Assembly (NCBI GenBank): GCA_963674865.2
Contig: CAXXYE010000009.1
Coordinates: 640,001 to 704,000 of the forward strand
Reading direction: 5' to 3'
From: Candidatus Hydrogenedentota bacterium
GTDB lineage: Bacteria > Hydrogenedentota > Hydrogenedentia > Hydrogenedentales > SLHB01
Length of the DNA stretch: 64,000 nt
This document shows, piece after piece, positions 30,273 to 39,959 of the stretch. The position numbers and the translations under genes are program-made. Positions within the stretch are counted from its first letter, which is position 1. Every line of letters begins with the position of its first letter. The notes beneath the pieces are model-generated. The model saw only the letters and a program-made list of their open reading frames with translations. It ran no database searches and was not told the origin of the DNA.

Positions 30273-31628
30273 CTATCGAACAAGACCGTTGATATACTCC
30301 TCGATGTTGGTGTAGCCGTCCCCGTCGCGGTCGCCGCATGCGTCCTCAGCGCAGTCCGGGTCGAGTGCCCTCTCCTTCTCCCAGTCGTCGGGCATCCCGT
30401 CTCGGTCGCCGTCGGTGGGTGCCGCGCCCGTCGCGTATTCCGGCCAGCCGCCGACTTCATCCTGGGAATCGATCAGCCGCCCCGTACCTGCCCGGATGCA
30501 CTCGACTACGCGAGTGTCTACCGCGTCACGTACCGGCGCCGTGGCGCCGGCCTTACTCAACACATCTTTGTAGGCTTTCTTGGCCGACGTGGTGGTGATA
30601 GGCACGCCGTCGAATAGGAACGCTTTGTCGGCCCAGTTGATATACGTCCGCCAGTCCGGAACGTGGACAAGAAGCTCGTTGTTCTTTCTGTGGACCTTTT
30701 GACCAAGCATCTCGTTTTTCGCCCAATAGAGATCGATGGGCATGCTGTCGGAACGCGTTAGGGAGTGGGCGAAATAATGTCCCTCGAGATGATGCCGCGT
30801 GTCGGCACCGGGCTTGTAGTAATTCGCGATGAAGTTGATCTGCGGACTGCCCGCGCTCGAACCGTAACCGGCCCCTCCCGGGCCGGCCCAGTCGTAGATA
30901 ACGTTGTTGCGGAAATCCAACCGGAGGTTCTTGCCGCCGATGAGGGGGTTGCGGGAGTAATTAAAGGCGTAGGCGTTATGGTGGAAACTCACGGTGCCCG
31001 CCGTACCTAGAATGGAGCCGTTTCCGTGCACACCCTTGGGATGGTAACTGTTGGTCAGGGCTTCCGAGATGATGGACCACTGGATGGTCACGCTCGCGGA
31101 CTTGTCGACGTTGACGGAGAACACTTCGTCGATGGCCCAACTCGCGGAGCAATGGTCAAAAATGACATTGACGGCCGGCGCCTTAACAGCGATGGCGTCT
31201 TGCGGGAGTCGGGCTCGATCACCAAGACGGCTTCGGAGGCATCGCACGATAATCTCTTCAGTCTCCAGGAAACGCACCGGATAGTTTCGGAGACAAATGC
31301 CGTCGCCGGGGGCGGTCTGACAGGCCAATGTCAGATGCGACTCCGTGATGTTGAGCGCGGCTTTCAGGTCGATGACGCCACCTGCTTCGAATACGACAAT
31401 TCGGGGCCCGGCGGTGGTGAGAGCCCAACGCAGACTGCCGGGGATGGGTTCTTGCTCGCCGGGGATATAGTCCTGCGTGTTGGTAACGACGAGAACCCTT
31501 CCTCCGCGGCCCCCGCGGGCGTACGCGCCGCCGCCTTCGGCACCTGGGAAGGCAGGGAGCCCGGCCGCGAAAGCCGTTCCGGCCAGGACAAGCATGAGAA
31601 TAAGAGTTCTAGGCAGCGTCTGTTTCAT
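30273..31628 (-). CDS. Pectate lyase (PL1-like beta-helix), secreted
   Basis: Signal peptide, then LPAFPGAEGGG..RGGRGG, GSLRWA, QTAPGDG, DHCSASWAIDE, SRNP, DFRNNVIY and a DGDRDGMPDDWE tail. Confidence 0.9.
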   Translation of the reverse strand: MKQTLPRTLILMLVLAGTAFAAGLPAFPGAEGGGAYARGGRGGRVLVVTNTQDYIPGEQEPIPGSLRWALTTAGPRIVVFEAGGVIDLKAALNITESHLTLACQTAPGDGICLRNYPVRFLETEEIIVRCLRSRLGDRARLPQDAIAVKAPAVNVIFDHCSASWAIDEVFSVNVDKSASVTIQWSIISEALTNSYHPKGVHGNGSILGTAGTVSFHHNAYAFNYSRNPLIGGKNLRLDFRNNVIYDWAGPGGAGYGSSAGSPQINFIANYYKPGADTRHHLEGHYFAHSLTRSDSMPIDLYWAKNEMLGQKVHRKNNELLVHVPDWRTYINWADKAFLFDGVPITTTSAKKAYKDVLSKAGATAPVRDAVDTRVVECIRAGTGRLIDSQDEVGGWPEYATGAAPTDGDRDGMPDDWEKERALDPDCAEDACGDRDGDGYTNIEEYINGLVR

Positions 31629-32257
31629 TATCGACTCTCCGAAGCTCTCATTTCCCATATCGACTTGTGCGTGACCACGGGGTAGCTCAACGACCATTCT
31701 GAACACGCACATGGACTCCGTCAAGAGGGATGCTGCTGTAACGGCTTGTGGCTGGCAGGTCTTGCGTCCCAACAACAGCTGTCGAGCGCGAGCGTCCTTG
31801 CCGTTGGCGCGGAGTTGAGCATCGCCCGTAACGTTCCAGGCGCCTTCGGCCCAGAGAACAACGCCATCCCGCCTTCTCACAACGATGCCAGGGGACCACA
31901 TGCAAGCAGTGTGGAACAAGCGTCCTATACGGACTTTCTGCAAATATCTCAGGAGCTTTCGCCGAAGGCACCGCCAACCGACGATGCGCATAAGGAGACA
32001 TGATGTGGGCAGGAAAAAGTGCAGGTTTCAAGGCCCAGAATCGATTTTCCACCCCACGTAGTATGATGCCTTCCCGTGCCTCCGTTCGTCGATTCTTGAA
32101 GCCGTTTGATGGGGTAGAGCGACAATTCTGAGGGCTGGTTTTCGACTTGTGCCGCTTCTGAAGGCGTCGGGAACGCTGTCCCGCATTGGGCTTGCTATGA
32201 AGCCTTTTCAGACGCTGCCACTACCCGCCTGCATGCTTCTTCTGAGTCTTAAGACCT

Positions 32258-32348
32258 TTGCCGTGGTACAACAAACGTAGTCGTTCGGCGCCGTCGAACG
32301 TTACCGATAGCGTTTCAAGCACTTACCCGCTGTCTGCGCTTTCGTGAT
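32258..32348 (+). repeat. Left copy of diverged ~91-bp direct repeat flanking the integron (recombination-site-like)
   Basis: Aligns to 34873-34964 with one gap (59/92 identities by hand), with an exact core GTTCGGCGCCGT at 32283-32294. Confidence 0.7.
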
Positions 32349-32441
32349 CCGTGGCCGTGTGGCATTTTGTGCGTCGTTTTTCGGCAGACATGGACCTCTT
32401 TATCGAGGCGGAAGTATCAACCATCCGACCGCCTGCGGTCG

Positions 32442-32502
32442 TCTGAACGGCCGGCGTCAGGATCGCGAATCTGCGAGCGTATCCTGGACGCCGTTGTTGG
32501 GC
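32442..32502 (-). repeat. attC site (61 bp)
   Basis: GCCCAAC (R'')-AACG-GCGTCCAGGAT...ATCCTGACGC-CGGCC-GTTCAGA (R'). The L''/L' arms pair with one extrahelical base. Confidence 0.8.
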
Positions 32503-33071
32503 GTCTTCTCGTATAGATACGTGAAATTGCCCGCTTCTCGTGGCTCTGCCCACACAGCAGTCATTCCATTGGCCGCAAGCAATTCCGTGTATCCAGCTTT
32601 TCCCATGCTGAATTGATCGATCACATTGACGTGCGGCCCCACCGATCCCTTGCATTGGCCCGGTTCTTCGCCGCCAGTGAACATCAGTCGGCCGTTGGGG
32701 TTGAGCAACTGAGCGGCGCGAGCGAGCGCGCTCGTTTGTCGGTCGACTGACAGATGACAGAGGGAGCCCCAACTGAAGATGAGATCCCAGCTTCCACCGA
32801 TGCTCTCGAGATTCGACATGTCGAGAAGGCGGCGCTCTGCTTCCGGGACATTCTTCTGGAACACGGCCAGCATAGGCTCCGAGTTGTCGATCCCAAGGTA
32901 CGTCGAAACCAAGGGGGCTACCCGAACTGCAATGGGGTGGCCGGTGCCACAACCCAGATCCATGACGCGTAGGCCCGCGCCCATTTCATGAACCACGTCA
33001 AGCACGACGCGAGCTCCCACTTCGCTCCGATACCGGTCATAGTCACTGCCGAGTTCGTCGTATACGCTCAT
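32457..33071 (-). CDS. Class I SAM-dependent methyltransferase (integron cassette)
   Basis: VMDLGCGTG motif I, GIDNSEPML; 3' end overlaps the attC. Confidence 0.9.
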   Translation of the reverse strand: MSVYDELGSDYDRYRSEVGARVVLDVVHEMGAGLRVMDLGCGTGHPIAVRVAPLVSTYLGIDNSEPMLAVFQKNVPEAERRLLDMSNLESIGGSWDLIFSWGSLCHLSVDRQTSALARAAQLLNPNGRLMFTGGEEPGQCKGSVGPHVNVIDQFSMGKAGYTELLAANGMTAVWAEPREAGNFTYLYEKTPNNGVQDTLADSRS

Positions 33072-33079
33072 CTTCTGTT

Positions 33080-33155
33080 GCCAGCCGCCGATGACGTTTG
33101 TACGCCAGTCTGAGCGAAGCAGCTGCCTCCCGTCCGCTGCACCGCCTTGTTCGGC
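33080..33155 (-). repeat. Truncated attC site (right arm and R' missing)
   Basis: GCCGAAC-AAGGCGGTGCAGCGGACGGGAGGCAGCTGC...GCGGCTGGC, then straight into the next gene's leader with no L' or GTT. Confidence 0.7.
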
Positions 33156-33164
33156 GAGTCCATC

Positions 33165-33392
33165 TCAACCAACTTGATTCTTGTGCATTTCCGCAATTTG
33201 GTCTCGTAGCTCACGAATCTCACGCTGCATCCGGGACGTAGCTGCCCCCACGAAAAGAAAGCACATTGGCAGGAAGGCGAAAAAAGTGGGGCGCCACCAG
33301 CCTGCATCCGAGCCAACCGAGGCGAAGATCGCAGTAAGCGATATCAAGGCGCAGAAGGCCGCCGGAATCCAGTGGCTGACTGTTTGTCTCAT
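33165..33392 (-). CDS. Small two-TM membrane protein with coiled-coil tail (integron cassette)
   Basis: RBS GGAGG, 75 aa, two hydrophobic segments, followed by an attC R'' box. Confidence 0.75.
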   Translation of the reverse strand: MRQTVSHWIPAAFCALISLTAIFASVGSDAGWWRPTFFAFLPMCFLFVGAATSRMQREIRELRDQIAEMHKNQVG

Positions 33393-33449
33393 AAGTCATT
33401 CCTCCCCTGTTTGTTCGGTGTCAAGAATCTGGCTGTTACGCTCGATGGT

Positions 33450-33612
33450 GCCCTACAATAATTAGATTGACCCGCATAAGACGCAGGGCTTGCTTTTCTA
33501 TCCGTATAGGGCGCTCTTGGATACGCCGCCCCAAATGCGTCAAGTTCTTGTTTCTCAATGTCTTACCGCCGGTCTCGCCATTTAGCTCAGCGTGTTATGC
33601 GGATCGGCATAA
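33450..33612 (-). promoter_or_regulatory. Putative attI region at the 3' end of intI
   Basis: TTATGC-N6-GCATAA palindrome (33595-33612), a second TTATGCGG box (33479-33472), and AT-rich TCTAATTATT followed by a degenerate core GTAGGGC just before the first cassette. Confidence 0.5.
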
Positions 33613-33620
33613 GACCACCC

Positions 33621-34628
33621 TCATAGACCGTCCATGGGGCTGCGGACTCCTTGGCCTCCTTTGTTCAACACGCGCGTGTAGATCATGGTCGTGCTGACGT
33701 TTTTGTGGCTCAGCAACTCCTGAATCGTGCGGATGTCATAGGCCGATTCCAGAAGATGCGTGGCAAACGAATGCCGGAAGGTATGGCAAGTGGCTCGCTT
33801 CGTCAATCCCGCCGCCGTAACGGCCTGGCGGACCGCTTTCTGAACCAGCGATTCGTCCACGTGATGCCGTCCCTGCTCACCGGTCTGCGAGTTCTTCCAC
33901 CGGTTTTCCCGGGGGAAGACCCACTGCCAGCGCCATTCCCTCGGTGCTTTCGGATACTTGCGGTCAAGGGCGTCGGGCAAGAGCACGCGGCCCCAGCCGT
34001 CGGCCAAGTCGCGTTCGTGGATCGCCTTGACGGATTTGAAATGCTCTTGCAGCGGGGCTTTGAGCGACTCGGGCAGCATGGCGATCCGGTCCTTGGCGCC
34101 CTTGCCGTCGCGCACCAGAATCTCGTTGCGAGAGAAATCGATATCCTGGACGCGCATGCGCAGGCATTCCATGAGGCGCAGACCCGCGCCGTACATCAAC
34201 GAGGCCATCAGCCATTTGTCGCCGGAGAGGTTCGCGAGCACGGCCTTGACTTCATCGCGGGTCATGACAACGGGTAACCGTTTGGGTTTGCGTGCGCGGA
34301 TGACCTCGCCCAGGTCGCCGATTTCGCGTCCGAGCACATGGCGATCAAGGAACAGCAGCGCGGACAGCGCCTGGTTCTGCGTCGAGGCGCTGACCTTCTC
34401 CTTGACCGCCCGATGAGTCAGGAAAGCGTTGACCTCGGGCTCGGCCATGTCCTTCGGATGGCGGACGTTGTGGAAGTAGATGAACCGCTTGACCCACTGG
34501 CAGTAGGTCTGCTCAGTTCGGCGACTATGGTGCCGGGAACTTAGCGTCTCGCGAAGCTGGTCGAGGAGTCTTGGTTGCCGATCCCGAAGAAGGACCACGG
34601 AGCAGTAGCCCACAGAACCCCGTTGCAC
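33621..34628 (-). CDS. intI: Integron integrase (IntI), possibly decaying
   Basis: [34 protein letters not shown], the IntI-specific insertion [17 protein letters not shown]...[15 protein letters not shown] and TTMIYT. Exact start uncertain. Confidence 0.93.
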   Translation of the reverse strand: MQRGSVGYCSVVLLRDRQPRLLDQLRETLSSRHHSRRTEQTYCQWVKRFIYFHNVRHPKDMAEPEVNAFLTHRAVKEKVSASTQNQALSALLFLDRHVLGREIGDLGEVIRARKPKRLPVVMTRDEVKAVLANLSGDKWLMASLMYGAGLRLMECLRMRVQDIDFSRNEILVRDGKGAKDRIAMLPESLKAPLQEHFKSVKAIHERDLADGWGRVLLPDALDRKYPKAPREWRWQWVFPRENRWKNSQTGEQGRHHVDESLVQKAVRQAVTAAGLTKRATCHTFRHSFATHLLESAYDIRTIQELLSHKNVSTTMIYTRVLNKGGQGVRSPMDGL

Positions 34629-34872
34629 GCCTTTCTTCAGCGCCGTGGCCCCATCTCAACCCTCCGAACACATTCACCGCATGAATTCGCCGCCATTGGA
34701 TGAGTCAGTATAGCATAGGGCCTCCTGATTCGGACTCCCGGGAAGTGTGTCGTTTCGTGTGTGGCACTTTCTTGGCGACCGGGCCGCTCACACGACGAAC
34801 CGGCCGATGAGCGGGAATGGGCTAACTCGTTGGCACTGAGGCAAGTAACGATGGGCCGCCAAGACACGCGAA

Positions 34873-34964
34873 TTGCCGGTGGTATCCCAAATGCAACAGT
34901 TCGGCGCCGTGAAACATTAACAGGACCATATTAGTCACTTGTGTGATGGTGGCGCTTCCTTGAC
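34873..34964 (+). repeat. Right copy of diverged direct repeat flanking the integron (attI-like simple site)
   Basis: CCCAAAT-GCAACA-GTTCGGCGCCGT plus IHF-like TATTAGTCACTTG at 34929-34941; homologous to 32258-32348. Confidence 0.7.
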
Positions 34965-35013
34965 TTGACTTTGTTTGGCTCATTTGCGGGAAGCGGCATT
35001 GCTGTCACGCGAC

Positions 35014-35667
35014 TCAGGAGGGGCGGAATGCCTCGACAAGGGCGTTCATCGTCTCGCCGAACTGAATCATGTTGATCCGCTCGGATCCCGCGGCATCAAG
35101 AGACTTCCGGATCTCGTCAAACGTGTAACAGTTGCCGCCGGTGGTGCCCACGAGCATGTTGACGGCAAACAGCGCGCCGTCGCGGGGCTGGGTCCGGTCG
35201 GCGCTTAACACATGATCCCGAATGAGAATGCGTCCGCCGGGGACCAGCGCCCGGAAGACCTTCTTGTAAAGCTTGGTGTTTTGCTCTGGCCTGTTCTGGT
35301 GGATAATGGCCGATAGCGGGCCGAGGTCGTGGCCGGCGGGCAGTTCGTCCGCGTAGAAATCGCCGGCCGCGAGGGTGATGCGGTCCATCAGTCCGGTTTC
35401 GGGCAGGCGTTGGCGTGCAAGTTCGATGACGGTCGGTCGGTCGAAGATGGTCGCGCTCATGCGGAGATACTGTTTGAGGAACGCTTCGGCATACGTGCCG
35501 GTAGCGCCGCCGACGTCGAGCAACCGCTTCGACGCGCTGGCGTCCGCCTGTTCCGCTATCGCGTCCGCGGCATACCTGCCAACGGCATGCATAGCTCCGA
35601 CGAACGCCGCAAGGTCGCCTTTTTCCTCGAACACGGCCTCGGGCCCATGGACGTCGCTACGGCGCAC
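35014..35667 (-). pseudogene. O-methyltransferase (Methyltransf_2 type), N-terminal dimerisation domain missing
   Basis: LLDVGGATG, IFDRP, AGDF, LVPGGRILIRD, NMLVGTTGG; too short for the family and no clear start. Confidence 0.7.
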
Positions 35668-35850
35668 GATGTCCGTGAGTTCCGACCACCCGTATCCTCT
35701 CCCAACATTGAGGCCCGTTCAACGGGCAAAGAGATCCCCCAAGAATCTGCCGCCGCTACTTCCACACGACCGTCACACAACATACGTAAAGAGCTTACAA
35801 CGAAGTGCCACTATTTCTTGGGGGAACTCCCTGCCTTGCTCTCATTCAAC

Positions 35851-38800
35851 TCAAGGGGTCATCTGTTTCACATCCAGGATGGCGGCCACGATGCGGGCGC
35901 GCGCTTCGTCGATGCGGGCGGACACTTCTTCGTAGACCACCACACTGTCCGGTGTAGGCACCAGCCGCTCTCCGGAGCTGCGAAGGGTCTCTTCCATTTT
36001 CACCGGCAAGTTGGTCAGGAGCTCGTTGGCCTCAGCAAGGCGCTCTTCGCTCACGCCACGCTCCCGGGCCTCCCGAATCGCCTCTCGGAGGAGGTAAAGG
36101 TATTCGTAGTCTTGAATGCCTTCACGGGTGGCTTCCCAGCGTTTGCTGGTGACCACGGCACCGGGGCCGGGGTAGACGGTGCAGAAATAGTCGCCGGAGG
36201 GATTGGGACCATCCCAGAGGTCCTGATTGGGGGCATGGTGTGAATAGGTGTACCACCCTGCGCCCGTGAAACTCTGATTCCACACATTCCAGAACCACCA
36301 CCGATAGTGGGCGAGCGTCGAGAGGGTCTTGGCCCGGCCTCGGGCATCATAGTTCCAGATCTCGCCACCCGTCGCCCGCGCCACCTTGAGAAATCCGTCG
36401 CGGAACCGGTCGAGCAATTGGTTCGATGGGCACCAGATATCCACCAGGTGCTTATAGAGTTCGAGGCTCTCGAAGGTGGTACCGCAGGTCGGATCGGTAT
36501 AGATAAGGATATTGGGGTCGGCCTCGCGTATGAGCTCGCCCATCTGGACCATCAGCAAGGTTGAGCTTGAAGTGGCCGCGGAGGGCTCGTCGCTTGGATA
36601 GAGGGCCCATCCTTCGTAGTCCAAGCCGAGCTCCTTCATATGGGCTACCCAGGCGCGGAGATAGGTCACATAAGCCTTGCGCCAGGGCTCGGAGAGCATC
36701 GGTTCGCCGGAGAGCATCGGCATGGGGTGCATGAAGAGGATGAAGCCGTGGGGGAAGAAGCGGCGTATAAGCCTATCGTGCTCAGTGAAATCCAGGTTGT
36801 CCACCAATTCTCCCTGAGCATTGCAGGTGGCTTTCGGGGCTTGGCCGAAATAGACCGTCGAACCGTGCTCGATCAGGTCCTCGAGGACATAGTCGTTCTC
36901 GATATCCAGGTCGCCTTTGGCCATAGGCCATAGGCACATCCGCAGGGGGTGCGGGCGCGGGAGGGCCAGGTCATGCACCGTGATGGCGATGGGCAGGGCG
37001 ATCTCGGTGGGGTCCGTCTCCACACTCTTCAGGCGGAGATGGGCCACATAGGTTCCGGGGGCAAGGTCCTTGGCATTGACCGTGATCCAGAGTTGGCTGG
37101 ATTCAAGCGAAGGGATACTCAGCAGGTGGGCTTCGTCGAGCCGAGGCAAGGCATCGGCCACCACTTCGCGGCGTAGGGCGGCGCTGGTCACCGCCTGCCG
37201 GAATTCGATGTATGGGCGCGCGGAAACCGTGGTGCCGTCGGGCTCTTCCATTTCGTCGCAGAGCGCGCGGACATGAAGAAACCGGTTGCTGAGATTGGTG
37301 AGGTTGAGGGCCAGCGAGCGGTATTCGCCGATGCATAGGAAAGCCTGCAAGCCCTCGATGGCATCGTCCGGCTCGGGCAAGCTTGCCTGGCCATCGAAAT
37401 GGGCCCAGGGGGAGCATCCCCAGGTGAAGAAGCTTCCCGAGGGGGCCAGGGCCGCCCCGGCGCGCACCAAGGTCCGCAGGCGCAAGGCGGATTCGCGCAG
37501 GTCGACCGCGCGAGCGGAGCGGCTGGCGGGCTCCATTCCATCCAAGGCGGAGAGAATCCCTTTGCAGGCGAGCAATTCCCGCTCCATGCAATCCGCGGCC
37601 ACCAGGTTATTCTCGCGCCATGAGATGAGTTGCGCCTCGATTTCGGGGAAGACCTCGGCGCTAAGGAAGTGCTTATCCCCCTCAAATCCGGCGAAGGAGA
37701 TCGTCCGGGTTTCGCCCGCAAGCTCCTTCATCGAATCCGGTTCAAGCAGGGCATAGGAGGTTCGATAGGCCCCCGGCTGGGTCGTCTGGAAGGTGATTGC
37801 CGTGCGCTCGCGGGCGCTCCCGATGTGCCGGACGCCTCGCTGCGCATGGCCGTCGGGACCTTCGATGGAAGCGACGAATGCGAGGCGGTCTTCTCCGGAA
37901 TTCGTCACATCAAAGCGCCAGGTGTTCGAACCTTCGAAAAGGCGGTTTTCGCCGACCTCCGCAACCGAGGCCTGGCTGGCGCCGGGCTCCCGGCGGGGGG
38001 CCGGGAGCGGGGGATAGGTCTTGGCGCCCGGAGCCATTCCGGTATGAGCACGATCGTTCATTAAACATAGGCGATTGTTCGGGTTTTCGCAGTAGGGCAC
38101 GGCGAGGGAAATCCAGGCCATGCCGGGCTGCCCCTCGGGGGCCCGCGCCGCAGTGGCGATCATATCCAGGTTCCCATCCCCATCGAAATCGCCCAGCATC
38201 GGGGTGGAGCGGACCGATACCGGCAAGGTATGGGCAACCAGGAGATCGCCCTTTGCATCAAGGATATTCAGGGCACGATTGCCGCCGCAGGCCAGCACCT
38301 CGAGGGTGGGATCACCGGCCACGTCGGCGAAGAGCATGCCCGATAAAAACATGCTGCCAGGGAGGTCGTGGGTCCAGCGGATGCCGCCATCGCCATAGCA
38401 ATAGAGCATGGCGGCTTTGCTGCCGAATACGATCTCGTCGCGACCGTCGTTATCGAGGTCGGCGCCCTGCACCGCCATGCTCACATGCATGCTGGTATCT
38501 TGGGCGAAGAAGATTTCGCGCTTCTGCAGGTCGATGCCGAAGAGGTGGTTCCAGCAGGTGCCGAGGTAGAGCTCGGGTACCTGATCCCCATTCGTATCGG
38601 CCAAAATCGGCGCGCTGGCGGGAAACATGCCATCGATGCAAAACATATCCCAGAGCCATTCGCCCTGAGCCGTGAGGGCATAGATGTGTTGGTCGTGCGA
38701 AGCGGCGATCACCTCTCGGCCGGGGGTATCGTAGATATCCGCAACGAGCACCGGGCCCATCTCGGTGCCATCGGCCGAGAAGCGCCAGCGCGGCCGGCCA

Positions 38801-39282
38801 TCGGAGGCGAAGCAGGAAATGGTACCCGAGGTATCGCAGGTCAGCACCTCCAGCGAACCGTCCTCGTCGAGGTCGGCAATGGCGGGGCAGGATTCCCCTT
38901 CCACCCCAGCCGGTGCCCGGCCCTTCCAGAGCACCTGGCCATCGGCATCGAGCGCAACGACATTCCCTTTGCTATCGACCCCCACGATATTCTCTCGACC
39001 ATCGCCATTGAGGTCCGCCACGGCCGGCGAGGGACCGACCGGCGGTTCCATGGGGTATTCCCAGACCCGGTTGCCTTGGAGATCAAACCGGACCACCCCG
39101 GTATCGCGCTCGGCAACGATGAAGCCCAAGGTTTGGCCGGTGGTTGGATCGATGAGCGCATTGGGCGCGGATAGGCCCCCCTTCGCCTCGGCCTTCCAGA
39201 CGATTTCGCAGGTGGGCTGCGCCATTGCGGTCGCCGCCAGAACCAAGCCGATGATTGTAGAGATGCCGATATGCTTGAGCAT
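35851..39282 (-). CDS. Secreted FG-GAP/PQQ beta-propeller fused to a GH123/DUF4091-like catalytic domain
   Basis: Signal peptide; repeated ADLNGDG, ADLDEDG and GDFDGDG; C-terminal DEP, DIWCP, WNY and SKRWEATREGIQDYEYL. Confidence 0.75.
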   Translation of the reverse strand: MLKHIGISTIIGLVLAATAMAQPTCEIVWKAEAKGGLSAPNALIDPTTGQTLGFIVAERDTGVVRFDLQGNRVWEYPMEPPVGPSPAVADLNGDGRENIVGVDSKGNVVALDADGQVLWKGRAPAGVEGESCPAIADLDEDGSLEVLTCDTSGTISCFASDGRPRWRFSADGTEMGPVLVADIYDTPGREVIAASHDQHIYALTAQGEWLWDMFCIDGMFPASAPILADTNGDQVPELYLGTCWNHLFGIDLQKREIFFAQDTSMHVSMAVQGADLDNDGRDEIVFGSKAAMLYCYGDGGIRWTHDLPGSMFLSGMLFADVAGDPTLEVLACGGNRALNILDAKGDLLVAHTLPVSVRSTPMLGDFDGDGNLDMIATAARAPEGQPGMAWISLAVPYCENPNNRLCLMNDRAHTGMAPGAKTYPPLPAPRREPGASQASVAEVGENRLFEGSNTWRFDVTNSGEDRLAFVASIEGPDGHAQRGVRHIGSARERTAITFQTTQPGAYRTSYALLEPDSMKELAGETRTISFAGFEGDKHFLSAEVFPEIEAQLISWRENNLVAADCMERELLACKGILSALDGMEPASRSARAVDLRESALRLRTLVRAGAALAPSGSFFTWGCSPWAHFDGQASLPEPDDAIEGLQAFLCIGEYRSLALNLTNLSNRFLHVRALCDEMEEPDGTTVSARPYIEFRQAVTSAALRREVVADALPRLDEAHLLSIPSLESSQLWITVNAKDLAPGTYVAHLRLKSVETDPTEIALPIAITVHDLALPRPHPLRMCLWPMAKGDLDIENDYVLEDLIEHGSTVYFGQAPKATCNAQGELVDNLDFTEHDRLIRRFFPHGFILFMHPMPMLSGEPMLSEPWRKAYVTYLRAWVAHMKELGLDYEGWALYPSDEPSAATSSSTLLMVQMGELIREADPNILIYTDPTCGTTFESLELYKHLVDIWCPSNQLLDRFRDGFLKVARATGGEIWNYDARGRAKTLSTLAHYRWWFWNVWNQSFTGAGWYTYSHHAPNQDLWDGPNPSGDYFCTVYPGPGAVVTSKRWEATREGIQDYEYLYLLREAIREARERGVSEERLAEANELLTNLPVKMEETLRSSGERLVPTPDSVVVYEEVSARIDEARARIVAAILDVKQMTP

Positions 39283-39959
39283 GGGTATTTCTCCTACATC
39301 CTATTAAGAAAGTGATAATAGAACAGCGGCATCTTACACCTGTTCTCTCGCGAGATCACCTGCCCCGATGGCTGGAATTCGTATCGTGGCTTTCATTCCA
39401 GCCGACATTTCCCATATGAAGCAGCCCGCGTCCATCACGAGCCGGTTTCCGACTGTGTTAGAAATATCTTGTAAGGTCAGGAAACTCAGTCGATGTGCAA
39501 CGTCGCCAATTCACTGGCATGTTGGCCACTTTGCTCATGGAATGTGGGCCGACTTGACGCGGTAGAGCAACAAGCCTCGTCACCTCGCGGAGCCTGTCGT
39601 TGCGCATTCGACGCACCTCTCCCCCACGCCCCTCTTGAATTCATCTCTCAAGAGTGTTACGCGGCCTCGCGATGGTCGTAGCTGAGCATCTAGGGGACGC
39701 GAAAATGTATCCAGGTTTGCTCGATTATGATTCTGAGCATGTCACTGGAATAATTTACGGCGGCGGCGACTATGGCGGAAATTCCAAATGATGAAGATCG
39801 GTGGCCCCTTAAGCCTCGTGCTTCTTCATGTTTAAGCGCAACCACCATCTATGTGCTTAGAAACCTGGGACCGATTCTAGGGGCTAATGCTCGCCATCGT
39901 CAGCCTCGATCCTGAATGCGTTGGCGACCCGGACCGATTGCGTCCATAAGACGGCAATG

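Noticed and set aside
33585..33615. Chromosomal dif site (GCATAA/TTATG boxes)
   Set aside because: The boxes are arranged TTATGC-N6-GCATAA, opposite to dif, with no convincing XerD arm; treated as part of the attI region.
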